Made by a program: the position numbers and the translations under genes. This document shows positions 20,059-30,900 of a stretch of 64,000 bases of DNA, in pieces. The notes under the pieces were generated by a model, which was not told the origin of the DNA, searched no databases, and worked only from the letters and a program-made list of their open reading frames with translations. Every line of letters begins with the position of its first letter. Positions within the stretch are counted from its first letter, which is position 1. This DNA is from Gammaproteobacteria bacterium (lineage in GTDB: Bacteria > Pseudomonadota > Gammaproteobacteria > UBA4575): positions 90,512 to 154,511 of the forward strand of contig OY730298.1 in assembly GCA_963422595.1 (NCBI GenBank), in the 5' to 3' direction.

Positions 20059-20822
20059 AGATTCACAATTCGGAGAAGTTTGAACACCGACCGCACGCCG
20101 TCTTGTTTGATATGGATAATACGCTATATCCCTATGACCTGGCGCATACCGCCGGTTGGCAGGCAGTGCAGGACAAAATGTGCGGTATGTTTTCCATCAC
20201 CGCGAAAGATTTCGACAAGATGTCGCAGGCAGCCAGAACTGAAGTAAAAAGTCGACTCGATGGCACGGCCTCGTCTCATAGCCGCCTGCTCTATTTTCAT
20301 CTCATGTTGGAAGTCATGGGATTGGGTTCCCGGGTGCTGCTGGCACTGGATTTAGAGCAGACGTACTGGCGTACCTTTTTGAGGAAGGCCGTGCTGTTCG
20401 ACGGCGTTAAGGAGTTGATCAATATTATCCGTTTTTTCGATATCCCGGCGGCAGTTGTGACCAATCTGGCGGCACACACTCAATTCAAAAAACTGGTGTA
20501 TTGGGAGCTTGACAGTTGTTTCGATTACGTTGTCACCAGTGAGGAAGCCGGCTTCGACAAACCACATCAAGCTATTTTCACGCTGGCTTTGGATAAAATT
20601 CAACCGGCCGGCGATATCGTCTGGATGATCGGCGACGATCTTGAAAAGGACATCAGGGGGGCAAGAGAGGGCATCGGCGCCGTGACACTTCAAAAAACGC
20701 ATCAGGGCGTGTCCACTGGACGTGGCCACATGACTCCAGATGCAACGTTTTCAAGTTTCCATGAGGTGCATAAGTTCATCAGGCAGCTGGCATCCACTGG
20801 CATGGAGGACATTGCACAATGA
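20055..20822 (+). CDS. HAD-superfamily hydrolase (phosphatase)
   Basis: 'AVLFDMDNTLY' is HAD motif I (DxDxT). C-terminal 'MIGDDLEKDIRGAREGIG' fits motif IV. Confidence 0.75.
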   Translation: MKIHNSEKFEHRPHAVLFDMDNTLYPYDLAHTAGWQAVQDKMCGMFSITAKDFDKMSQAARTEVKSRLDGTASSHSRLLYFHLMLEVMGLGSRVLLALDLEQTYWRTFLRKAVLFDGVKELINIIRFFDIPAAVVTNLAAHTQFKKLVYWELDSCFDYVVTSEEAGFDKPHQAIFTLALDKIQPAGDIVWMIGDDLEKDIRGAREGIGAVTLQKTHQGVSTGRGHMTPDATFSSFHEVHKFIRQLASTGMEDIAQ

Positions 20823-21886
20823 GGGACGCCATTCAGGAATTCTGCGCTCGTATCGGCAAAGACCCCTTGCTGGTTCAAGGTGCTGGCGGCAATGTGTCAT
20901 GGAAGGACAGTGACGTACTGTGGGTCAAGGCATCGGGAACATGGCTGGCGGACGCTGAGAACAGCAATATTTTCGTGCCGGTGGATCTGCAGGAAATCCG
21001 GGCCGCGCTCCAGGGAAGCGCATCGGACGAGGGTATCCACCACCCGTCGGGGGCGGCTGGCAAACCCCCGCTGCGCCCCTCAATCGAGACCTCTTTGCAC
21101 GGTATCCTGCCGCACAAGGTGGTCGTTCATCTGCATGCGGTCGAGGCACTTGCCGTCCTGGTTCGGGCCGGAGCATATGGTGAGTTGAGGGATCGTCTGG
21201 GCCGTTCTGTTCGCTGGGAATTCGTCGAATACCACCAACCCGGCGGCGCACTTGCGCAAGCGGTGTTGGCCACCTTGCGCCAGATGCCGGATGCCGACGT
21301 CATTTTTTTGCAAAACCACGGGGTCATCGTTGCCGGCGATACGGTGGACGCCGTGGAACAGCGCGTCGCGGACGTCGTCTCGGCCCTAAAGAAAGATGTT
21401 CCCGTTGCAACAACGGAGGCGGAACGAAGCATCCGAAAGCGATTGCCGCACACTCTGGAGCATACCGCTATGGAGTGCTATGCCGCAGTCGAAGATATGC
21501 GGATTCAAAGCATGGTTCACCGAGAGGATCTCTATCGCAGACTGTCGACGGCGTGGGCACTCTACCCGGATCATGTCGTCTTTCTGGGCGCGCAGGCGCA
21601 GGTGTTTGATTCGCGGGATCATGCCGCGGCGTTTTGCAGAACGCGCCAGCCGCCCGTGGTCTTCATCCGTTCCGACGGCGTTTTCGCGAGACCGGAATTC
21701 GGCGACGCCGGACGAGCGCAGCTCAGATGTTATTACGAAGTGCTGGTCAGACAGAAATCCTGGGACACTTTGGTTGAATTGACCCAAAGTGACATAGACG
21801 CCCTTACCAACTGGGAAGCCGAACGATATCGGGTAAATCAAGCCCCGTCGAACGGTTTTCGATATACTGAGACAACGCCGCAATGA
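20819..21886 (+). CDS. Class II aldolase/adducin-family protein (extended)
   Basis: 'LLVQGAGGNVSWKDSDVLWVKASG' and 'HKVVVHLHAVEALAV' are typical of the class II aldolase/epimerase fold (AraD/FucA/MtnB family). An extra C-terminal domain of about 130 aa follows. Confidence 0.6.
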   Translation: MRDAIQEFCARIGKDPLLVQGAGGNVSWKDSDVLWVKASGTWLADAENSNIFVPVDLQEIRAALQGSASDEGIHHPSGAAGKPPLRPSIETSLHGILPHKVVVHLHAVEALAVLVRAGAYGELRDRLGRSVRWEFVEYHQPGGALAQAVLATLRQMPDADVIFLQNHGVIVAGDTVDAVEQRVADVVSALKKDVPVATTEAERSIRKRLPHTLEHTAMECYAAVEDMRIQSMVHREDLYRRLSTAWALYPDHVVFLGAQAQVFDSRDHAAAFCRTRQPPVVFIRSDGVFARPEFGDAGRAQLRCYYEVLVRQKSWDTLVELTQSDIDALTNWEAERYRVNQAPSNGFRYTETTPQ

Positions 21887-23853
21887 AAAAGCTGAATTTT
21901 CAAGCCTTGTTCACAATATTAAACAGCGTGGCGGACGTGTGCGTGCGTTCACGCTACGCCATCTTCGCCTTGCTGCTGGTGTTTTTTCTCACTGCGTCGG
22001 CATGGATTTTCAATATGAACAGCCACGACATGACTCGTGCACACGCTGACGAGAATCACACGCTGTTAAAAGTGCGCAACTTACAATCCACATTTAGTCA
22101 GGTCGGCGAAATGAACAGGTGGTTCGTACGTTTGCTTTACCCCGCAGGTATTTATTACATGAACAACCATATGGGAGGAGCTATCCTTTCGCAGGGCTGG
22201 AGATATCCTGGCGGTTATTATCTTCAAAAGGAATTTAAAAAACCAGATGCCGTTCAGCACGACCCGAATATTCAAGATTTTGTTTTCTTTATGAGGCTGG
22301 CATTCGGCGTATTAGCCGTTTGTTCTTTCTGCCTGGTGATATGGGTGTTGTTCAGTCGGTTCAGCTGGGTGGCTGCAACAATTTATGGGACCCTGATACT
22401 GAGCTCTCCGCTGGTCTTTAAACAATTTCGCTTTTTCTATTCCGAGACCACGATGTTTATCATTTTCAACATCGTGGCGTTTCTTTGTCTTTTTTCCCGA
22501 ACGCCGACCCATCGCACCGCCGCCTATCTGGGCATACTGTCTGCCGCTGCATTATCCACCAAGCTGACCGGCACCGTGCTGGTCGTCGCGCCGGTGCTTG
22601 CTTATATGTTCGTCAATATCGGGCGCGCGCAGGGGCACAAGGTGGATTTTCGCATCGAACTCCATCTTTTGTTCGCCCTGGCGTTCCTGATATTGATTAA
22701 TCTGCCCTATGGTTCCTATTTTGAATTTGTCAATACGACTCTTAGTAACGTCTATCATCTGAAAGCCGGAAACTCCGTCGTTTCCGGGGAGAGCGCGGTT
22801 GATTTCCTCTTCAGATTCCTCGCCGCTTTGAAATACCCGGTGGTTTTATTGTTTGTAGCCAGCCTGTTATGGTTGGCGCATGCTCCGAAACGACAGCTTG
22901 TACCTGTCTATGTATTAGGTCTGGGCATCGCGTTTTTTATCTGGTCTTTGTCAAATACGCCGTATTATTATAGTCGCAATATGGCCTCTGTCTACGTTGC
23001 AATGAGTTTGGTCGTTGCCCTGGGTATCGGAGATTTCCTGAAATCAGGAATATCCGTGCATAAAAACGTGTCTGGGGTATTTTCTTTGGGTTTAATGTTG
23101 ATATTCGCCTGGGGCGTCGGCAATGTTTTTCTGAACCGGATCTCGCCCCTGAGCGAGACGTTTTTCGAGAGAAACGCTGAAAGAATTGAAACATGCAGCA
23201 GCATCGGCAGCATTGGACTGTCGAATGACGATCTTCAGGCTCTTGGCAAGGACGAAACGATTACTTCTTATGACCAAATCCGGGGGCCTTTCATTTTTCA
23301 TGAGGATCGTGAAGAAATCTTTGGTAAATACCTTCAGTTCGATTGCCTTGTCGTGCGCCGGCAAGGGCAGACCAAAAAGGTATCGAACTCGTTTGCCCCG
23401 CAACCCTACAATTTAGTGGATCGCATCGGCAATTTGTTTTTTTTCGTCGAAAACCCTGAGTCCCTTGTAGGACTCTATTGGAGACTGAGTAAGGAATCCG
23501 AACCGGTTATCCGCTCCCATTATAGCGTGTATCTGGATCGCAACACTCTGGTGTACGTCAAGAACGACTGTCGCTTTAAGCGAGACACCGCAGCCCGCTT
23601 CTTTCTGCATGTCATACCGGTTGATGAAAGCAATCTTTCGGAAGATCAGAGGAAGCACGGTGCGGCCGGCCTCGATTTTAATTTCAGTGACGCTGGTGGC
23701 TTCCTGTGGAATGACCAATGCTTTGTGGTTCGCGAGCTGCCCGACTATGCCATCAAGTACATTCGCACCGGCCAATTTCGACATGTGGCAGGTGGCTATG
23801 ATAACCTCTGGGATGCCAGTTTTGATTTCACCGAACGTGAGGACGACCGCTAG
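21883..23853 (+). CDS. Large polytopic membrane protein, putative GT-C-fold glycosyltransferase (ArnT/PMT-like)
   Basis: 656 aa with about 11 predicted TM helices in the first 420 aa. There is an acidic 'HADENH' in the first extracytoplasmic loop, and a soluble domain of about 230 aa follows. It co-occurs with GtrA and GtrB-like genes. Confidence 0.4.
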   Translation: MKKLNFQALFTILNSVADVCVRSRYAIFALLLVFFLTASAWIFNMNSHDMTRAHADENHTLLKVRNLQSTFSQVGEMNRWFVRLLYPAGIYYMNNHMGGAILSQGWRYPGGYYLQKEFKKPDAVQHDPNIQDFVFFMRLAFGVLAVCSFCLVIWVLFSRFSWVAATIYGTLILSSPLVFKQFRFFYSETTMFIIFNIVAFLCLFSRTPTHRTAAYLGILSAAALSTKLTGTVLVVAPVLAYMFVNIGRAQGHKVDFRIELHLLFALAFLILINLPYGSYFEFVNTTLSNVYHLKAGNSVVSGESAVDFLFRFLAALKYPVVLLFVASLLWLAHAPKRQLVPVYVLGLGIAFFIWSLSNTPYYYSRNMASVYVAMSLVVALGIGDFLKSGISVHKNVSGVFSLGLMLIFAWGVGNVFLNRISPLSETFFERNAERIETCSSIGSIGLSNDDLQALGKDETITSYDQIRGPFIFHEDREEIFGKYLQFDCLVVRRQGQTKKVSNSFAPQPYNLVDRIGNLFFFVENPESLVGLYWRLSKESEPVIRSHYSVYLDRNTLVYVKNDCRFKRDTAARFFLHVIPVDESNLSEDQRKHGAAGLDFNFSDAGGFLWNDQCFVVRELPDYAIKYIRTGQFRHVAGGYDNLWDASFDFTEREDDR

Positions 23854-24006
23854 ATAGTAGCCATCATGAGTATGAAGCCATTCATCAATAGCTCAACACG
23901 TTAGGCACATGCGGTGTCGCAGGGGTTTTTCAGAAAGACAGTTTCGCCTCCGACCTGCACGAGAGGTTGTGGCCCAAATGACGGACAGCATTAAGTTAAG
24001 GATGAA

Positions 24007-25155
24007 TTGCCAGGTAGATTGCCGACCATGACAATTCGAATGCTTTGCATCCTTCCAATCAGCACGGATGCCAGGATTGCCAAGCGTATTGATATGCTGC
24101 GGCGGGTGGGCTTGCAGGTTGAGGCACTAGGCTTCGAACGCAAACACTATCTGGGCAGCCGGCCAAACTGCCCATTCGCTAAACTAGGGAATATTTCGAA
24201 TGGGCGTTACGCTGCCCGAATCGGGAAATTAATGTCGGCCATACCAAAGACACGAGGTGCAATGCAACGCAATGACGTCATTTATGCGTTCAGCGCCGAT
24301 ATGGCCCTCCTGTCTCTGATCTCCGGAGCAGGATTGAGGATGCCAGTTATTGTCGAGATGGCTGACATCAGAGAGATTCAGGTCGCGGGCGGTCTGATCG
24401 GCTGCGTGGTTCGCGGCATTGATAAGCTGACGACTCGCGCCTGTCGACTGCTGGTGCTGACGACCGATAGCTACCTGAGCTACTACCGCAACTGGCTGGA
24501 GATAGAAACGCCGAGTGTGATCATCGAAAATAAGGTTGATGGATGGTTTTCGGCGGCCGTTCGCGCCAAGCGTGCGTATCCCTTGAGCGGCCGACCGCTG
24601 GTGGACCGACCACTGCGTATTGGCTGGTTCGGCTACTTGAGAGATGAATGGTCGCTGCGAGTTCTGCACTTGTTGACGCGATCAACTGACCAGTTCTCCG
24701 CAATTCTCGCCGGGTCGCAATCGGAGCCCTGCCGGAGACTCATTGACGAATTGGGGGAAATGCCCAACAGTGAGATTCTCGGACCCTACGACCATCCGGC
24801 AGATCTGTCGGCTCTCTACGGCCGCGTTGACATGGCCATGGCCTGTTATCCGCCAGAGGCACCGCACGGCTGGTCCCGGTCGAACAGGTACTACGACGCC
24901 TGCCTGTTCCAGAGGCCGATCATCGTTCGTGGCGGTTGCGGGGATGCCGATCGGGTGCGGCAGCTCGATATCGGACTAACTATCGTCTCGTCCGAAATTG
25001 AGGGAGCAGCGGCGGAGATATGCGACATCGAGGCCGCAACATGGGATCGCTGGCGTGCTAGTATGGTGGCTTTGCCACCCGAGGAATACACTATGGGGAA
25101 TGAGGATATTGTACTGCGGGATACAATCAAAGACATCGTGAGGGGATTGGCATGA
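24007..25155 (+). CDS. Hypothetical protein, possibly a GT-B-like glycosyltransferase
   Basis: 382 aa soluble protein inside the glycan island with no strong motif I could identify. Confidence 0.3.
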   Translation: MPGRLPTMTIRMLCILPISTDARIAKRIDMLRRVGLQVEALGFERKHYLGSRPNCPFAKLGNISNGRYAARIGKLMSAIPKTRGAMQRNDVIYAFSADMALLSLISGAGLRMPVIVEMADIREIQVAGGLIGCVVRGIDKLTTRACRLLVLTTDSYLSYYRNWLEIETPSVIIENKVDGWFSAAVRAKRAYPLSGRPLVDRPLRIGWFGYLRDEWSLRVLHLLTRSTDQFSAILAGSQSEPCRRLIDELGEMPNSEILGPYDHPADLSALYGRVDMAMACYPPEAPHGWSRSNRYYDACLFQRPIIVRGGCGDADRVRQLDIGLTIVSSEIEGAAAEICDIEAATWDRWRASMVALPPEEYTMGNEDIVLRDTIKDIVRGLA

Positions 25156-26498
25156 ATTGGACTGGTGTTGCGAACATCGTCCACCGGCTTGCCGGGCATG
25201 GTTACGCCAACCGGGTTCGAGATGCGCTGGTTGGCGGTACTTCCGTACTCGGCGTGATCGCCCGGCGCCTGTCGTTTCCCGGCGACAGCCTTGCTCTGCT
25301 GGCTTTGCTGCTGGCGGCGAACTTGCTGCGCATCTACCTTCCCGGCCTGGTCACCGATGGCGTCTTCGGGATGACGGTCCTACTCCTCGCGCTGTCGCTG
25401 TTCCGGGAGCCATTTCCAGCCTCCGCGCGGACGACCGCCCTCTGCTTCGCGGTGCTGCTGACGGTCTACGTGGTCGGCCTGCTGGTGGAGTTCAGCATCC
25501 AGGGCGCCAGCAATCTTGCCGGGATTCTGTTCGCCGGCGTCATCTTTCTGTTCTGCTGGCGCAATGCTCCGACATTGATTCGGGCCAAGTACGTTATCCC
25601 CCTCTTGCTGACAGCAGCCTCGGCACTATTTCCGCTGTACCTGCTGCCGGCCGGACTCAACGCAAATAGCTTTAGCAGCATCTTCGGATACTTGCTGCTG
25701 ACCGTCGGGCTTATCCTGATAGCCCGCTCTGAGTGCCGAAGAAAACGGCATTTATGGGTACACGTCTTGTTCTTGCTGGTTATGGCGATTGGCGTCATTT
25801 TCGGAACCCGGATACTTGTACTTATCGCGCTATTGGCTTACCCGCTGTACTGGAGCGGGTACTTTTTCCTGCGAAACCGATTGGGTGCCGGACTGGGGGC
25901 AGCAACCGCGGGGTTGCTGATCTGCTTTCCTATCGTGTTTTTGGGCACGCCTTACTTCAGTGAAGTCATGGCGACACTCGAGAGCTTCAGTCGAAAGTAT
26001 ACAGGGAGCGGCATACAAACTGGACGTGAGACATTTTGGCGGCACTCGCTGGCCGCTATCTCTGAGTCCCCTTGGCTTGGCAGAGGTCCCGGCGCAGGTG
26101 TTTCAGGTCTGACGAACGGTGACTCGTCCCTTTCCGAACGACAGTTGGAGCTTCCTCTTTCCTGTCTGAATGCAACAAACCCGGGCTTGAGGGCCGACTG
26201 CGAGATTCTACTGGGGGCGCGCAACAGCTTGACCACTGATCCTGAACTTCTCTGGACCTGGGTGCCATTCCGCCCTCTGGATTCCTGGCGGGGTATGAAG
26301 GTAGGCGGTGCGCCGCCGCGGGTGGTGGCAATAAACATTCATGAGCGGGGATTGCGCGGCGTTATTCCGCCGGCACTGGGGCGACTGGACAAGTTGGAGT
26401 CGCTGAGGCTAAGCAACAATGCCCTGACTGGCCCGATTCCGCCCGAGCTGGGCGGCTGCGCAACCTGCGGGTGCTGGCGCTCAACGACAATGCGTTGA
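25152..26498 (+). CDS. N-terminal part of Wzy_C (O-antigen-ligase/PglL-type) membrane protein, running into the first LRR module and truncated by a frameshift
   Basis: Nine predicted TM helices, then 'FSRKYTGSGIQTGRETFWRHSLAAISESPWLGRGPGAG', the Wzy_C periplasmic-loop motif. Next come an LRRNT-like cap ('DCEILLGARNSLTTDPELLWTWVPFRPLDSWRGMKVGG') and LRRs. The frame ends at 26498 shortly after a GGG run that is GGGG in the duplicated copy downstream. Confidence 0.7.
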   Translation: MNWTGVANIVHRLAGHGYANRVRDALVGGTSVLGVIARRLSFPGDSLALLALLLAANLLRIYLPGLVTDGVFGMTVLLLALSLFREPFPASARTTALCFAVLLTVYVVGLLVEFSIQGASNLAGILFAGVIFLFCWRNAPTLIRAKYVIPLLLTAASALFPLYLLPAGLNANSFSSIFGYLLLTVGLILIARSECRRKRHLWVHVLFLLVMAIGVIFGTRILVLIALLAYPLYWSGYFFLRNRLGAGLGAATAGLLICFPIVFLGTPYFSEVMATLESFSRKYTGSGIQTGRETFWRHSLAAISESPWLGRGPGAGVSGLTNGDSSLSERQLELPLSCLNATNPGLRADCEILLGARNSLTTDPELLWTWVPFRPLDSWRGMKVGGAPPRVVAINIHERGLRGVIPPALGRLDKLESLRLSNNALTGPIPPELGGCATCGCWRSTTMR

Positions 26499-27930
26499 GC
26501 GGCCCCGTCCCGCCGCAACTCGGAGCGCTCGAAAACCTTGAGGAGCTGCGGTTACGCGGCAACCGGCTGAGCGGCGAAGTGCCGTTAGAACTGGCGAATC
26601 TAACTAACCTGTCGCTGTTACGTCTTGCCGGCAACGATTTCACCGGCACACCGCCGCCGACGCTGCACGATACGGCGGACCATGACCTCGACCAAGACTC
26701 GCTCTGCCTACCCTTATTGCACGTCGGCGAGGGGCTGCTCAGCGACTGCGAGACTCTGCTGGCCGCGCGGGACGTTCTGGCCGGTAACGCCACGCTCGAC
26801 TGGAAACGATCCAGGCCTATCGCGGCATGGCAGGGCGTGGCAATTGGCAAGACTTCAGGGGGCATACGAGTAGTCAGGCTGGACTTGACGGATCTCGGGC
26901 TGAGCGGCTCAATTCCGCCGGAACTCGGCGGGCTGGATCAACTTATGTCGTTGCGCCTCGCCGGCAACTGGCTCACCGGTTCCATTCCGCCGGAACTGGG
27001 GGAACTCATGCGCCTGAGGGAGTTACGGCTCGCAAACAACCGGCTGAGCGGCGACATCCCGCCGGAACTCGGTTGGCCGTTCGGTCTGTCGATTCTGCGT
27101 CTTGCCGGGAATGATTTCACGAGCGACTTGCCAGCAACGCTTGACCATGTCGGCGAGCACGATTGGGGTCTTGAGCTGTTCTGCCTGCCCGCCGGCAAAG
27201 CAGGCATCCCATCGCCGGGTATCAGCACTGCCATGCTCGAAGATTGCACCGTGCTGCTGGAAGTGCAGGACGTTCTGGCCGGGGAAGCGATGCTCAACTG
27301 GAAACAGTCCCGGCCCATCGGGACGTGGCAGGGTGTGAAGGTAGGCGGCGCGCCGCCGCGGGTGGTGGCAATAAACATTCATGAGCGGGGATTGCGCGGC
27401 GTTATTCCGCCGGCACTGGGGCAACTGGACAAGTTGGAGTCGCTGAGGCTGAGCAACAATGCCCTGACTGGCCTGATTCCGCCCGAGCTGGGGCGGCTGC
27501 GCAACCTGCGGGTGCTGGCGCTCAACGACAATGCGTTGAGCGGCCCCGTCCCGCCGCAACTCGGAGCGCTCGAAAACCTTGAGGAGCTGTGGTTACGCAG
27601 CAACCGGCTGAGTGGCGAAGTGCCGTTAGAACTGGCGAATCTAACTAACCTGTCGCTGTTACGTCTTGCCGGCAACGACTTCACCGGCACACCGCCGCCG
27701 GCGCTGCACGATACGGCGGACCATGACCTCGACCAGGACTCGCTCTGCCTACCCTTATCGCACGTCGGCGAGGGGCTGCTCAGCGACTGCGAGACTCTGC
27801 TGGCCGCGCGGGACGTTCTGGCCGGTAACGCCACGCTCGACTGGAAACGATCCAGGCCTATCGCGGCATGGCAGGGCGTGGCAATTGGCAAGACTCCAGG
27901 GGGTATACGAGTAGTCGGGCTGGACTTGAC
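26281..27930 (+). repeat. Intragenic tandem duplication: about 620-bp segments at 26281-26900 and 27311-27930 are about 97-98% identical (period about 1,030 bp)
   Basis: Direct base-by-base comparison of the two stretches ('...ggtgtgaaggtaggcgg.gcgccgccgcgggtggtggcaataaacattcatgagcggggattgcgcggcg...ctgacggatctc') shows only scattered substitutions. One difference is a 1-nt indel in a G-run. Confidence 0.85.
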
Positions 27931-30900
27931 GGATCTCAGGCTGAGCGGCTCAATTCCGCCGGCACTGGGGAAGCTTGCGTATCTGAAAGAACTGTGGCTG
28001 AACGACAACGAATTGAGCGGCGATATCCCATCCGAATTGGCGATGCTGAGCAATCTGTCCTCGCTGCGACTTGCCGGCAATGAATTATCGGGCACCGCGC
28101 TACGCGATGTCGCGGCCCATGATCTCGACCGCGATCTGCGCTGCCGCCACGCGGCACCCCGGAGTAACCCCGGCCTGGTCCACGATTGCGCCGTGTTGCT
28201 GTCCGCACGGGATGTTCTGGCCGGCGCTGCCTCTTTGAATTGGGACGACTCGATGCCTCTTGAATATTGGGAAGGTGTGGTACTGGACGGTGTGCCGGCA
28301 CGGGTGACGGGGCTGATTCTGCCGGAGAAGGGACTGAGCGGCCGCATTCCCCCGACCCTCTCGGAGTTGGACCGGCTTGCAGTGCTGCGTATCCACCGCA
28401 ATCGGTTCACCGGCGCCATCCCGCCAGAGTTGGGGCGGCTGACCCACTTGCGCGAGCTTGTGCTTGCTTCCAACGTCCTGAGCGGTCCTATTCCGCCGCA
28501 GCTCGGCGATCTGGAGCGGCTCACTCTGCTGCACCTGTACGGAAACCGCCTCAGTGGTCCAATTCCGCCCGAGTTGGGGAAATTGCGCAGCCTGCGCGGC
28601 TTGAGCCTGGCTTCCAACCGTTTAACCGGTCCAATTCCGGTGGAAGTGGGGCGCCTTGCGAACCTCAAGTGGCTAAATCTCCAGTTCAATCGCCTGTCCG
28701 GTTCCATCCTGCCGACGTTGAGAAGGCTTGAGAAACTAGAGTCCATCAAACTATCGCATAACGATTTCGTCGACGCGGTGCCGGAAGACTCCAGACGTGA
28801 CAATGTCGATCCGGAGTCTGCCGCGCCTGCACTGGCAGGCAGGCATGACCCCGGCCTGTCCAGCCCGACATCCCTCCAGAACAACCCCGACCTGCTTGCC
28901 GACCGTGCGATTCTGCTGTCCGCACAGGACGTTCTGGCCGGCGCCGCCTCCTTGAATTGGGACGACTCGATACCCCTTGAATATTGGGAAGGTGTGATGC
29001 TGGACGGTGTGCCGACGCGGGTGACGGGGCTGAATCTGCCGGAGAAGGGACTGAGCGGCCGCATTCCCCCGCAACTGGGAGAATTAAATCGACTTGCATC
29101 ACTGCGCCTGCACCGCAACCAGCTGACTGGTGACATTTCACCAGAACTGGGAAAACTGGCTAATTTGCGGGAGCTGGCACTTGGATTTAACGCCCTGAGC
29201 GGCACTATTCCTCCGCAACTGGGCGACCTGGAGCAACTTACCTTGTTACACTTGCACCGCAACCGGCTGACCGGACCGATTCCGCAGGAGCTTGCAAGAC
29301 TGACGAGCTTGAGGACGTTGACGCTCGATTCCAATGCGTTGAGCGGCGAGGTGCCGCCGCAGTTGGCGAAGCTGCCGAACCTTGGGGAGCTGTGGCTTGA
29401 CGGTAGTCAATTGGACTTACCACTGGAGTTAGCGACATTCAATGAGTCGCCGACCTTGGGCCCGAATGGTAGTTCCGCTGCGATCACGACCGCACCACGT
29501 GTCGATCCCGATCTGCTCTGCCCGAGCGCCGATGGTGACGGACTGGGTGACGATTGCGCCGCCTTGCTGACCGCAAGGGATGCTTTGGACGGTGATAGCA
29601 CGTTGAACTGGAATCGTGTTACGCCCGTCGGCGCATGGCAAGGCGTCAGACTGGGTGGCCAGCCGCCGCGTGTGTTCGCAGTGGACCTGTCACAGGCGGG
29701 GTTGAGTGGCCATGTCCCAGCGGAACTGGGAAGGCTGGAGATGCTCGTTTGGCTGGATCTCGACGGCAACGCCCTGACCGGTTCGATTCCGTCCGAACTG
29801 AGAAAGCTTGCCAACCTGCGAAGACTGGATCTCGACGGCAACGCCCTGACAGGCCCCATCCCGCCGGAATTGGGAGGTATGTTGAACCTGGAGGAGTTGT
29901 CGTTACGAGGTAATCGGCTGACCGGCCATGTTCCACCGGAACTGGGGGCACTGCCCAAGCTCTTGACCCTGCGACTCGGCGGCAATGAATTCAGCGGCTG
30001 CCTCCCGTGGGAACTGCAAGATATGGCGGACCGTGAGCTGGAGCTCGACCTGCTATGCAGCCCGTCAATGGTGAGCGGCCGCGGCCTGTACGAAGACGTT
30101 ATCGCCTTGATGGAGATGCGCGACATCCTGGCCGGCAGCATCCGCCTGAATTGGAGCTACGCATCGCCCATCTCTGCCTGGGAGGGCGTCACCGTGAGTC
30201 CGGTGCGGCCCGCTGGTCGGGGAGCGCGAGCGGGGGCCGCTGCACAGGAAACGAAGCGTGTGGTCGGGCTGGATTTGTCGGGGATGGGTCTCGATGGGCG
30301 TCTGCCGGCGGAGTTGGCGGAGTTGGACCAACTCATCTGGCTGCGCCTTAACGACAACCGGCTCACCGGCGCCATCCCGCCGGAGCTGGGCAGGCTCGTT
30401 GAGCTACGGGAACTGGCACTGGATTCCAACGTCCTGACCGGCACTATCCCTCCGCAACTCGGCCGACTTGCGAACCTTTCGGAGTTGTGGCTTGGACACA
30501 ACCGTCTGACTGGCGCTATCCCGCCGGAATTGGCGGCACTTGACACGCTATGGATTCTGCGGCTCGGCGGCAACGAATTGCAGGATAATTCACCGGACAA
30601 AGAATTCCCCACCTGGAACAAGGCCGTTAAGATCGTGAATAAGGCCATAGACCCATCGGCTCCCGGCGGCATCCCGCGATCCACCCATAATCTGTTCTTG
30701 CAGGTGGGGGTACAGACGGGGATTTTTGGCCTTGGCGCTCTGGCACTGCTGTGCGTCTCTCTGATTTTCAACCTGCGAACGCGGAGGGGAAAGAAGGTCA
30801 CGCCGGTGCAGTGTTTTGCTGCCGCCTGTACCACTATTATCCTTGTTCATAACACGTTCGAGGTCTTCCTGCTGCAAAACCTGTTCACGATAGGATGTGT

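Noticed and set aside
27379-29334. 651-aa ORF on the minus strand, antisense to the LRR gene
   Set aside because: Its translation is low-complexity Ser/Arg/Pro-rich with no motifs. It is an expected artefact of GC-rich, codon-periodic repetitive coding sequence on the opposite strand. Several shorter antisense ORFs (28100..28534, 29407..30141, 30157..30834) have the same explanation.
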